Shown here one piece after another: positions 1-11,630 of a stretch of 64,000 nt of DNA; position 1 is the stretch's first letter; every line of letters starts with the position of its first letter. A program made the translations under genes and the position numbers. The DNA lies in the NCBI GenBank assembly GCA_014905635.1, contig JABVCE010000026.1, positions 310,001-374,000 on the forward strand, in the 5' to 3' direction. Source of the stretch: Scenedesmus sp. PABB004 (taxonomy: Eukaryota). The notes under the pieces are model-generated. The model worked only from the letters and a program-made list of their open reading frames with translations, searched no databases and was not told the DNA's origin.

Positions 1-1326
1 GCCCCGCCCCACCTGTAGCCGGCGAGGCGCAGGAGGTGCGCGCGGAAGGTGTCGGTGAGCAGGTCGAGCGCCCGCTGCCGCAGTATGCCGTGGCAGAGCA
101 GGGGGTCCAGCAGCGCCACCACGCCCTCGGCCTCGCCGCCGGCGGCCGCCGCGCGCGCCTGCTGGCGGTGCAGGTCCTTGTGGCAGCACGGCACCGACGC
201 GATGAGCGCCGCGCGCGCCGCCACGCCGAGCGCGAGCGCCTCGTCCGTGGCGGTGTCGCACGCGTGCAGCGCGAGCACGACGTCGGGCGGCGCCGGCGGC
301 GCAAAGCCCCGGATCGGCGCCGCGTGGAAGCCCACCACGTGCCGCGCGACGCCGAGCTCGGCCGCGAGCGCGTTGCTGCGCGCCACGAGCGCGGCGTTCG
401 TGTCGACGCCGGTCAGGCGCACGGCGAGGCCGCGCACGCCGGCGAGGTAGTGGTACGTCCCGAGCGTGAGGTGCGACGCGCCGCAGCCCGCGTCGAGCAG
501 GTGCACGCCGCTGGGGCGCGCCGCGAGGCGCTCCAGCTCGCCCGTGTGCAGGAGGAGCTTGATGAACTCGTTGATCTGCGTGAACTTGGCCTGCGCCGGC
601 GGGGCGCGGCGGCGGCGCCGCTCAGACGGGGCGCAGCGCCGCTCGGACGGGCGCGGCGGCAGCAGCGCGGGGCACGCCGGCGCACGCAGGCGCGCGCGCC
701 CGCGCCCGCGCGCCGCACCTGCATGCTCGCCCGGACGCGCCCGTCCGCGGTCTGCAGCCCGATGCGCTGCAGGAAGGGGTGAGGCACGCTGCCGTCGATG
801 GGCTGCGCCTTGGCGCGGTCGTGCGCGAGGCTGATCGGGCCGGCGGCGCCCGCCGGCGCCAGGCCGCCGCCGGCGCCGCCGCCCTGCGGCGGGCCCGCGC
901 CAGCGGCCGCGCCGGCGGGCGGGCTGCCGGGCGGCGCTGCGGCGGCGGCCTTGCCCGGCCCGCGCTGCACCAGCACGCGGCCCTTGCGCGAGACCTGCAC
1001 GTTGAGCGTGGCCGCTGCCGTAGCGAGCGACGCGCTCGCCCACGGCAGCGCGAGCAGCTCCCGCAGCGCCGCGCCCGCCGCGTCGGGCGTGTAGTTGCGC
1101 GTCGTGTCCTGCGAGCGCACCGCCGGCGGCCGGCGCGGCACCGGCTCGGCCGCTGCTGCCACGCCGCCGCCGCCGCCGCCGCCGCGCCGCGTGCGCTGCG
1201 CGCCGCGCCGCGCGGCCCCCCACCTGGCGCGCGTCCAGCAGCGAGAGCTGCAGCTGCAGCTTCCCCCGGAGCAGCACTGGCCGCAGCGTGAGCTGCTTGT
1301 AAGGCATGAGGCCGCCGGCGCCCCCA

Positions 1327-1366
<40 letters not shown>

Positions 1367-1763
1367 GCGCTGCGTGCGCGCCGCCGGGCTGCTTGACGTT
1401 GGCGTCCGTCGGCGCAGTGATGCGGCCCTTGCACACCAGCCGGACCAGCTGCTCCGGCCGCTCCAGCGCGGCGGCCGCGACCAGCTCCCGCCAGTCGTCG
1501 GCGCTGCCGGCGCCAGCGGCGGCGGGGGCTGCTGCTGTCGCTGCTACCGCTCCTGCTGCTGCTCCTGCTCCTGCTCCTGCTGGGCGGCCCGCTGCCCCTG
1601 TCGCGGCCGCGCGCACTCGCCGCGGCGCAGCGGCACCGGCAGCAGCAGCAGGCAGCGCCGGCGGCGGCGGCAGGACGGCGCGCCGGCGCGCAGCGCCGGT
1701 GTGCCCGGCGGCCGGCGGCTGTGGCACCCGGCCGGCAGTCGCCGCCGCGCGGGGCGCGCGCAT
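1..1763 (-). CDS. SAM-dependent methyltransferase (Methyltransf_32-like, bacterial-type) with putative transit peptide; 3' end outside window
   Basis: Exons 1763-1224, 1108-719 and 590-13 join in frame across GT-AG introns. Motifs: MPYKQLTLRPV...LQLSLLDARQDTTRNY, HDRAK, GRVRASMQAKFTQINEF, LLDAGCGASHLT (SAM motif I), VLALHACDTATD, VPCCH. Confidence 0.85.
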
Positions 1764-2158
1764 CGCCAGCGGCGGCGGCGAGCAGCTGTCGGCGGCGGCG
1801 GTGGCGCGGCTCAGGCAGCGGGGGGCCGCCGCCCCTGATCACGGCGACGGAAGTGCTGTGCTGTCGTCGACAGCGGCGCGTGGGGACGTGCAGCCTATCG
1901 AGCGCGGCGGCGACGGCGCCGGCGCCGCGTCTTTGCGGGCCGCAAACGCGCCTGGTGGCCGTGGCGGCGCGCCTGGCGCAGGTCTCACACGCCACAGCTC
2001 ACTCGCCGACCGCCCGCGACCGCCGCTCGCCGCGCGCTGCTCGGCGCTGCGCAGCCGCTGCCCTGGCGCCGCGGCCGCGCGCAGCCGCACGCGCCCGCAT
2101 GCCCGCCTAGATCGCGCGGTGCCCCACAGCTGCCCGCCGGGCTGCAGCGGCGGGCGCG

Positions 2159-2889
2159 ATGGACGACGCCGGCGACGAGGTGCGCGAGGCGGTGCTGCCG
2201 CTTTGACCCGGCCCGCCCCGCCTGCGCGCCGCGCGGCACGTCCCAGCACCAGCGGCGGCGGCAGCCGCCGCCGCCGCCGCACCAGGCCGGCGCCGCCGCG
2301 CGGGCCGGCGGGCGCTCGCGCCGCTGCTGCTGATGGCGCTTCCCGCGCTGCGGCGCGCGCACGCGCGGCGCAGGCGCGCTTCGTGCCGGACGAGGTCGGC
2401 GCCATCGTGCGGGACGCGATCGCCGCCGTGCTCGACAACCAGACCTTCAGCGAGGCCAAGGTGGGGCGAGGCGGGCCGCGCCGCGTCGGCCGCAGCGCAG
2501 AGCCGCCGCCGACGAGCGGCGGCCGCCGCTGCCGCAGGTGGGTCTCTGGACGTCGGCGTGCCTCGAGGGCTGCATCCAGCGCCTGACCGCGCTGGTCAAG
2601 CCCTACAAGTACGTGGTGACCGTGGCGATCATGCAGAAGACAGGCGCGGCGTCGACGCCGCGCGGCGGACGTCCGCGGCGGCGCGCGCGGGCAGCGGCCA
2701 GCCGCGCAGGACCGCGGCCGCGCCGCCCGCGCCGCCGACCGCGGCACCGCACGCCGCCGTCGTGCAGGCGCGGGCCTGCACACCGCGGCGTCGTGCTTCT
2801 GGGACGCGTCCACCGACGGCAGCCGCACGGTGCGGTGGGAGAGCAAGACCATGTACACCATCGCGAGCGTGTATGGCCTCGCGCTGTGA
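2159..2889 (+). CDS. TCTEX1: Dynein light chain, Tctex-1 family (111 aa)
   Basis: Exons 2159-2179, 2374-2460, 2538-2643, 2768-2889. Contains [54 protein letters not shown]. Intron 3 is GC-AG. Confidence 0.95.
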
Positions 2890-3608
2890 GCGGGGCTGAG
2901 CGACCGCCCGCGCACGCGCTCAGCGGTGCACCACGCGTCGGTGCGCGCGGCAAATGGGGTGAGCTCCTCGAGGGGGGTGGTTACACTCCGTGCGACCACG
3001 CGCCTGGCTAAGCTGCTGCGCCGCGGCGGCGCCTAACGCGAAGAAGAATCAAAAATACACGAGCTCGGTGCTGGGGCACAGGGCCCGCGCGCCGAACAGG
3101 CAGGGCGCAGCCAGGGGGCTGGCGAGTGCAGCGCAGGGGTGCCTCCGCGGGCCGGCGGCATGCAGTCAATCACAGCATGCGCACAAAATGCCAGACAAGG
3201 GCGGCGGCCGCCTCCAACCGGACAGCCCCGCCGCGCGCGATGATGCTCCCTTGCAGGCTGACATCTGTGGCGGTGAAGGGTGCACACCAACTTGGGGGGC
3301 CCGCCGGCGCAGCCAGCCGAGGCCGGGCTGGGCGCTTCCGCAACGCGCAGCCGGCTCAGCCTGGCCGGCCGGAGCGAGAACAAAGGGCGGTGCTGGCGGC
3401 GGCGGCGCCGCAGGGCGCGCCGCAGCCGCGACCAAAGGGCGCTGCTGCGTCTCCCGTCCTTCACACACACACACGCGTCTTCCATTATGCAGGCATCAAA
3501 TGGCACACAGCAATGAAAGCGCGGGCGTCGTTCTTCCTGCTGCAGCGTGCCGCCGCGCGCGTCGCCCTGGCTGCAGGTGGCGCCGCGCGCTGGCGTGCAG
3601 GTCGGCGC

Positions 3609-4639
3609 TTAAGACGGGCGGTCGTTGCCGTTCCAGCTGGGCGCGTTGGCGGAGATGCGCTCGGTGGTGGCCATCGCGACGGCCTGGTCGCCCTGGGCGA
3701 CGACGATGCGCCCGTTGGCCATGCCCGACAGCGCGACCGCCGTCGCGGGCTGCGCGGTGGGACCATACGACGCGACGCGCGTCGCGCGCGGCAGCGCGCT
3801 CGTGCTCGCAGTCAGCATGCTGTTGGCGATGACGGTGCGCTTGCGGCCCTGGTTGACCTGCAGCGCGTCCGGCAGCGCCGCCGAGGTCGCGCCCTCGTAC
3901 GTCTGCGACAGCGCGGCGCCGCCCATGGCCACGACGGGGATCTGGGGCGCGCCGGACGAGAGGTTGACGCTGCCGCGGGGCAGGTCCTGCGCGGAGCGCG
4001 CGCGGGGCTTGACCGCCAGCTTGTTGCGGTCGGGGTTGAGGGTCGCGGGGTCAGACTCCACGGTCGCAAACGAGAGGGGGTCGGTCGGCGCGAGACGGTA
4101 GAGGCCTGCGCGCCGCGGGGCGGGCGGCGCAGCGCGGGCGGGGTCAGCACGGTCGGGCGGCGCGAGGCGGCGCGGCGCGCGTGGCGGCGGCGCGGCCGCG
4201 CAGGCAGGCAGGCAGGCAGGCGCGGCAGGCAGGCGCGGGCAGGCTGCCGCGCGGGGCGCGAGCGCGGCGCGGCGCGCACCAGGGAAGGCAGCATTGGCGG
4301 TCGCCTCAGCGGCCTCGGGCGTGAGCGCCTGCCTGTTGGCCGACCTCAGCGGGTTGACCGAGCGCGCGCGGGTGTACGCGCTGTAGCCGGACGGGTCGCC
4401 CTGGTCGCCCCAGCGGTCGGCCCGGAGCAGGCGCAGGCGAATGGCGCCGCCGGTGGGCAGCAGCGCGGCTGCGGGCGGCGCGGGCGGGTGGTGAGTGCGG
4501 GGAGCTCGGGCGCGCCGGCTGAGGCGCGCGGGGTGCCTGCTGTTGCCGCGGCGCGCCCAACGGGTCCGCGCACAGCGCGCCGCTCACCAGTCGCCACCAG
4601 CGCCACCAGCGCGGCCAGGGCCTTGTGAGAGCGCGCCAT
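3609..4639 (-). CDS. Secreted protein A of unknown function (245 aa), paralog of 20508-21582
   Basis: Exons 4639-4588, 4468-4280, 4105-3609. Signal peptide MARSHKALAALVALVATAALLPTGGA; no Cys; colinear similarity to protein B. Confidence 0.85.
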
Positions 4640-6039
4640 GCTGTCTTGTGTGGGCTGAGAGTCGTGCCGGCGACGGGAGCAGCAGCCTGCGGGGCGGGGG
4701 CGGGCAGCGCGGGCTTTCGTGAGGCGCGCGCCCGGCAAGCGCGGGGCCCGGGAGCACTGCAGCCGCTGCTGGAGCGCGTGGAGGTCGGCACAAGCACGGC
4801 CGACTTGTTGGCGGCGTCGCGGCGTGCAGGCGCACCGCACCTGAGCTGGGAGGGCTTGGCTGGCTGCTGGTGTCGGGGGCTGGTGACTCTCCGACGGCTG
4901 TCTACAACGTCTGCTCGTGTTGCTCCAACGCGACGCCTTTAGTAGCGCAGCGCGGGCCCTCGAAACGGCGCAGTAGGCCCGTCACAGCTGCCGTGGGGGT
5001 TAGGAGTTCGACCGGTTGGTCCCCCGCGGCCCCCGTTTTGGGAGTTGTGCGCCGAATCCGTGCGCCGCGAACGCGTTCCAGGCCCGCCAAGGCGTGGGAC
5101 GCGTTGCCACGCGGCGCGCCGGGCTGATGGGCGCGGCGGGGGCAGCCACGATGGTCCGGGATGGCGGGAGCAGTCGCTCGCGCCCAGGCGCGAGCCCGCA
5201 GCGCGCCAGCAGCTGCGTCACAGGCGTCTGCAGCATGAAGGCATGGCAGGCGCGGTCGACCGCCTGAGCGCGCACCGGCGCGCCGGAACAGGCTGCGCGC
5301 TGGTGCGACCAGCGCTGCTGCCGCTGCGGACCTGCCGCATTGCGTGCTGGTTTGTGGGTCTGGCAGCTGCCAGGGAGGCTCACAGCAGGTGGTGAGGCCC
5401 AGACCGGGTGGCGTGGGGTGGCGCTCACGTTGCATGCCTCACCTCGCGTTCCTGAGGCGGGCCTGCGCCAGCCCACACCGTCGGCAGGCGCCCGGTGGCG
5501 CTCGGCCGCTCAATGCCGCGCGACCGCGCGCGCAACAACACGCACACCAACCCTGATCACGCTCTGCACAGCTGCCGGCCGCCGCGTGGCGCGATTGCAG
5601 CCCGCGCGCCGGCGCCGGCGCGGCTCTCTCTCGTGGGCGCGTGGGCATGGGCCGGTGACCCTCCATGTGTGAGGCCCATGCGCCGCAGCGAGCTAGACAC
5701 CCTGCCATCATAGAAGCCCGCCCTGGCAATCTGCAGATGTTAGGAGCACACCCGTTGCCGCCGCGCGCCGCCGCGCGCAGCTGGCGCCGCATGTCCAAGA
5801 GAAGCCCGGCGGCCTCGCGGCGCGCCAGTGCAGTCCTGCCCCGTCCCCCACCCGTGCCCGTTATTTGTAGGCAGCACCCGGCAAGCGCAGTGCGGCCGAT
5901 ATGGGCCCCGCGGAGGGGGCGCGCGCGCGCGCAGGCATTATGGCACGCGGCGCCCCCACGTATAATGAGCGACAGACAAAGCGCAGTGCAGTTTGCAGTC
6001 GTGCGTGGTGTCGGCCGGGGGTGCGGCGCGCGGCCGCGC

Positions 6040-7779
6040 TCACGGCAGCACGCCGCTGTTCGCGCCGGCCGACTTCCAGTACGAGCTCTCGTCGCGGCCG
6101 AGCTGGATGACGGCCGTGTCGGCGTCCTTGGCGCCGCCGCCGCGCTCGTGGGACGCGCGCGCGCCGCCGCAGACGCGCGCGAGCAGGCTCGCGCCGGCCG
6201 CCGAGACGGCGTCGCCGATGCCGCCGTACGCGAGGCCGAGCGACACGCCGACAAAGCCGGCGCCGCCAATGAAGTTGCCAAGCGTCGCGGGGATGAGGTT
6301 GCGCACGAGGAACTGGCCCACCGTGATGGGCGCGCCCAGGCGCATCGCGAGGGGGATGAGGAACCTGCGCGCCGGGGCGGGTCGGCGGGCGGGTGCGCGA
6401 GTGGGCGGTTGGGGCTGGCGCGGCAGCGCGCGCGGCCGGGCGGGTGGCCCGGGCGCCTGGGCGCCGCCGCCGCGCGCGCGCGCAGGCACGCGCGCGCGGG
6501 CGTCGGCCCGCCGCCCCGCGGGCGCTCACATGTTGGCGACGCAGTGCTCAAAGCCCATCGTCACGAAGGCGGAGATGGGGAACCAGACGCCGAGCAGCTT
6601 GCCGGTCATGTCCTGCGCCGCGGAGGCCTGCCACATGGCCATGTTGACCAGCCAGTTGCACATGATGCCCTTGCACATCGTGGCAACAAAGGGGAAGCTC
6701 ACCTGCGCGGTGCGACGGCGGCGCGGGCGGCGCGGGCGGCGCGGGCGGCGGGGGCGGCTCGGGGGCCGGCCGCGCGGGGCGCGCCGCGCTGCAAACGCGC
6801 GCCGCGGCGCAGCGCGGCGCGGCGTGGGCTCTTGCCGCACCTTCTTCATTGCGAGCTCGATGGTGAAGTCCTCGCGGTGCAGGAAGACCTGGCCCGAGAT
6901 GACGAGCTGGCCCACAAACAGGCAGCCTGCGCGGCGGGCGCGGAGGGCGCGGCAGCGGCGGCGTGTGCTGAGCTGAGCCGCGCGCGCGTGGGATGGGGCC
7001 GCTGCGGGCGGGGCTCGTGTTGTTGTTGTTGCGGCGAGGCAGCGGGGGGTTGTTGATGGTGCGGCGGCCGCGGCCTCACCCGCGAGGTTCATGAGGTAAG
7101 AGAGCACCAGCACGCTGAGGATCTGCCTCATGTTGGCGCGGCGGTGCAGGCCGGCGGCGACCATGTAGCTCATGTTGCCCGTCACCAGGTTGCCTGCGCG
7201 CGCCCGCGGGCGGCGGCGACGGCTCAGGATAGCCGCAGGCCCCGCCGCGCGCCGCGCCGCGCCGCCGGACTGGGCCCGGGCGGTGCGCGCGAGCACGCAC
7301 CGCCGGCGAGGACGATGAGTGAGAGGCCGAGGGGGAAGCCGAAGGCGCCGAAGAGGGCGTTGAAGAGGCCGGGCTCGGCCATGCGCAGCGCCTTGCTCAT
7401 CTGCCCGCCCGCGAGCATGCAGGTCGTGAAGCCGTAGCCCAGGTAGCAGCCCGCCAGGACGGCCAGCACCGACTGCTGCAGGTAGGTCATGCTCGGCCGC
7501 TTCTCGCCTGATGGAGGGGGCCGGGCCAAGCGCCCGCTTGGTGAGGGAGAGCCAGCGGCGTGCGTACCGCGCGGGCCGGGCCAGCCGCCGGCCCAACGCC
7601 GCCGCCTTCGCCGCCGCCGCCGCCGCACCGACATCCAGCAGGTGCGCGTAGATCTCGGACGGGGAGAGGCAGGCCCGGACCACGGGCGGGTCGGCGTGCG
7701 CGACGGGGGCGTGGTCGCCGTCGGCCGCCCCGCCCTTGGCACCCTTGGCCACGTCCATGGCGGAGGCCGCGTGATGCAT
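6040..7779 (-). CDS. NAR1: Formate/nitrite transporter (FNT; NAR1/LCIA family)
   Basis: Six exons, five GT-AG introns. Motifs [75 protein letters not shown]. Start ATG at 7779 or 7758. Confidence 0.95.
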
Positions 7780-8401
7780 CTCACGGGATGGTGATGCTCA
7801 CCGACAACCTTGGAAGCCTGCTGGGAGGCGGGGCGGCACGGGCGCGCGCGTTGGCGGGCGGCCCCGCGAACGATGCGACCAGCAGCTGCGAGGCGGGCGC
7901 GCTCAACGCGGCGCCCACGCGCGCCCTGCTGCTCGTTTAGCCCAGCATTTGCTCGCGCATTGCTTTTTTCGTGCCGCGCTCGGTTGTAGGGTCAGCGCGC
8001 GACCGCAGGACCATCGTGACCGCGCGCGCGCCAACGCAGCCCGCCGCACCTCACACGCGCCAGCTCGCTCGTCTGCGCAGTTCAAGCTGCTGGTGAACTC
8101 GTTACAAGGAGTCTGGGAGCACGAGGGAGCGAGAGGGCGCTGTGCGGCGCGGCGGGGCACCGTCTTTTCAGGGCGCGGTTGGGGTCTCACTCCTGCGCGT
8201 CCCGACCGCCCGGCTGCTCCCACAGCTTCCCACAGCTCTTCCTATGACCCACGGTACAGTCTCGACCGCGCCCAGCGCCCAGCGCGCACAACAGGCCGCG
8301 CGACAGCCGAGCTCGAGCCGCCCGGAAGGCGCGAGCCCGGACGCAGCCGCGTTATGAGCGGCTCGAGCTCCGGCTAGCTAGACGCAAGCAAGCGCTCCAC
8401 C
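7780..8401. promoter_or_regulatory. Divergent intergenic region, putative bidirectional promoter of the FNT and bestrophin genes
   Basis: About 620 bp between oppositely oriented start codons. No specific element identified. Confidence 0.5.
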
Positions 8402-10888
8402 ATGGCAGCGCGCCTGGCGCTGCAGCGCCCCGGGCTGGCGGCGCGGGGCCCGCGCGCGAACAGGGCGGCGCGCGCGCAGCTGGCCCGCAGCCACTCGCCC
8501 GGCCCCCAGCAGTTCAACGGCGGCTCGGTGGACAGCGCGCGGCTGGCGGTGGATCCCGACAAGGAGGAGAGCCGCAAGTACCGGCGCACGGTGCGCGCGC
8601 AGCAGCGCGCGGCGGCGATGCCCGCGGCAGCACTACTCGCGGCGACGCACGCGGCGGCAGCGGCGCTGCCGGTGCCGCGGCGGCGGCTCAGCGTGTCCCC
8701 CTGGCGCGCGGCGGCGACGCTCCTGGCAGCGCTTGCGGCGGTGCCGCGGCGGCGGCTCAGCGCGCCCCGCGCGCGCGCGCGGCGCAGGTGTTTGACCACG
8801 AGCACTGGGCGCACCACCGCACGACTGGGCGCTACGCGCGGCACATGGCGACCGCGCTCGACTCGTACATTGTGCGCGGCCTGGCCGGCCCGCTCGCGTA
8901 CGTCGCGGGCGTCGCGCTTGCCGTCACCACGTACGAGCACGCGCGCGACGCCGGCGGGCTGCCGGGATGGCCCAGCCTCGCGCTCGACACGCTCGGGCCG
9001 TTCAGCCTCAGCACCTTTGCGCTCTCACTGCTGCTGGCGTACCGGACCAACGCGTCCTACCAGCGGTGCGCGGCCGAGGCAGGCAGCCGGGGGCGCCGCG
9101 CGGCGCGCGGCCGAGGTAGCGGTAGCCCGCCGGGGGCGCCGCGCCGAGGCGCGCGCGCGCCGCCGCCGCTGAGGCGCCGCCGCCGCCGCCGCCGGCGCGC
9201 AGGTGGTGCGAGGCGCGCAAGCTCTGGGGCGCCGCGATCAACCGCACGCGCGACCTCGCGCGCCAGGCGACGCAGTGGTCCCACCCCACGGCCGACGCGG
9301 GGCTCGCGGCCGCGATGTGCCGCTGGACGGCGGCGTTCCCCTACGCCCTCGCCGCGTCGCTGCGTCAGGACATGGACCTGGCGGCCAGTCTGCGCGGCGT
9401 GCTCGCGCCGCACGAGGCGGAGCTCGTCCTGCGCCAGCCCCACGCCGGCACCGCCGTCCTGCAGGCCCTGGTTAGCGCTGGCGCGCCGCGCGGCGCGCGA
9501 GCGGCGCGGCGCCGCGCCGACCCCCGGCGCAGCGCTGACCCCCGCGGCCGCCGCGACCGCGGCCGCAGGGCGCGTACGTGCGGGCGAGCTGCATGCGCGA
9601 GGCCCACAAGGTGCGCTGTGGCGGGCGCGCGGGGCCGCTTGGAGCCGGGCGCCGCGCCGCCGTGTGATATACGACGTCCTGACCCCCTCCCCTCCCCCCG
9701 CACCCCACCTGCCGCAGCTGCGCATCGACGAGAACATCACGGCCCTGCAGGACATCATGGGCGGCTGCGAGCGGGTGCGGCCGGGGGCCGAGCGCTCGGC
9801 GCCGGCGCGCCGGCGCGCCTTGCGCCGCGCGGCGCTCGCGGGCAAGCTGTGACCCGAGCCGCCCCGCCGCCGGCCGTGGCGCCGCCGCCAGATCTTCAAG
9901 ACGCCCATTCCCCTGTGCTACAGCCGCCACACCAGCCGCTTCATCGTGAGCTGCCGCGCCGGCCGGCCGGGGGCACGGCGGGGCGCCGGGCGGCGACGGC
10001 CGCCGCCGCGCGCGCGCCGTTCCCCGTCTCACGGCCGCGCCCGCGCGCCGCAGGTGTGCTGGACGACCCTGCTGCCGCTGTGCCTGGTGGGCAGCATGCA
10101 CTTTGGGGCCGTGCCCGCGTCCGTCGTCCTCGCGTTCTTCCTCTATGGTGAGGCGCGCCGGCCGCAGGGGCGGGCGCCCGGCTGCCGCGCGCCGGCCGCG
10201 CCGCGGCCCGCCGGCGGGGACGGCTGCCGGCGCGCGCGCTGCCGGCGGGGCGCTTGCGCGCGCGCCGCGCCCGCGCCGCGCCGCTCAGCCGGCCGCCTGC
10301 CTCGCCCCCGCCGCCGCCCCTGGCCAGGCATCGACGAGGTCGGCGTGCAGGTGTGGACGGGCGGCCACCGCCGCCGTGCGCCGGGCCTCGGCGGCGCCGC
10401 CCCGCTCACAAGTCGCCGCCGCTCGTACCGCCGCGCCTCCGCCGCTCGTGCCGCCGCGCCTCCGCCGCCGCCGCCGGTCGCAGACGGAGGAGCCGTTCTC
10501 GATCCTCGCCCTGGAGAGCTTCTGCGCCACGATCGCGGACAACGTGCGCCAGGCCGAGCAGGCCGCCGGCGCGGCGCGCGCCGCGGCCGAGGCCGAGGCG
10601 GCGGGGCCCGCGCCTGGCCAGCCGGCGCTGGCCGACGCGGCCGCGGCGCTCGTCGCTGCGAGCGGCGGCAGCACCGCGGCCGGCAGCGGCCCGCTCAGCG
10701 TGCGCAGCACGCTCGTGCGCGTGCCGGGGTCGGGCTTTGCCCTGCTCGTCTCGCCCGGCGACGCCGAGCGCGAGCGCGCGCGCGGCGCCGCGCTGGACGA
10801 GCTCCAGCTGGAGGAGGAGGGGCTGGGCATGGCCTCGTCGGTGAGCGGCGCCGTCGGCACCCACGACGCCGACTACACCTTCTCTTGA
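8402..10888 (+). CDS. Bestrophin-like anion channel (VCCN1/BST family) with plastid transit peptide and C-terminal extension
   Basis: Nine exons. KEESRKYRRT|VFDHEHWAHHR, LLLAYRTNASYQRWCEARKLWG, GGCER|IFKTPIPLCYSRHTSRF, GIDEVGVQ|TEEPFSIL. Arg/Ala-rich N-terminus. Confidence 0.95.
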
Positions 10889-11630
10889 GGGCTGGCTTGC
10901 ACGCGCTCGGCCTGGTGCCAGGCCGCCAGGCGAGCAGCATGATGCCGCGTGGGCGGGCTCGAGCTCGGTGGGGCCCACTGACCGCACTGCGCTCTCTGGT
11001 TCGGGGCGCGCGCTGCCGCGCTGGGTTTGTTCAATGATGGGCGCGCGGTGACAGCGGGGCGGAGCGGGGGGTCTGGACATGGCTTGAGGGCAAGGGTTTT
11101 GCGCTGGGGGCTCCGCAAGCCCTGCCTGCAGGAGGGCCTGCTGCTCCCCGCGGGGTTTACTAATTCATGCGCATGACGTCAGCAGATGACACCATAATGT
11201 CACGTGACGACGACGCGACACTGATCTGGCGAGTTTCAGTTTCATAACGCGCCGTCGCGGCGCGGCACAACGCCGCCCGGCGCCGGCGGCCGCTCACTGT
11301 TCTGTTTTCTATTGCGCTTGCGCCCCCTTTTCCCTATGTGTACACCCCGCCTGTCACCTGCACTGTCTGTCGCGCACGCGGCGCGGCGCGCACGCGAACG
11401 CATGTCTGCTGCGGCAGCTGGCCGCCGGCAGTCAGCCGCCGGCCGCCGCCAGGGCGCCGGGGCTGTCAGATCCTAATGCGCGAGCAAGTCGCAAGCCTGA
11501 TCAGTGCTCGCTCTCGGCCGCGCAAGCCGGCCGCACCTGTAAATCACGCACACGCACACCAGCTTCAGGATCGCCCCCACCGCGTTCCCCGTCCCGCCAG
11601 CCAGCCGCCCCGGCTCCGGCTCCGGCGCGC

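Noticed and set aside
6040..6090. YWKSAG in the FNT tail as a Rubisco-binding motif
   Set aside because: It lacks the hydrophobic residue at +4, is a single copy, and the protein shows no plastid targeting.
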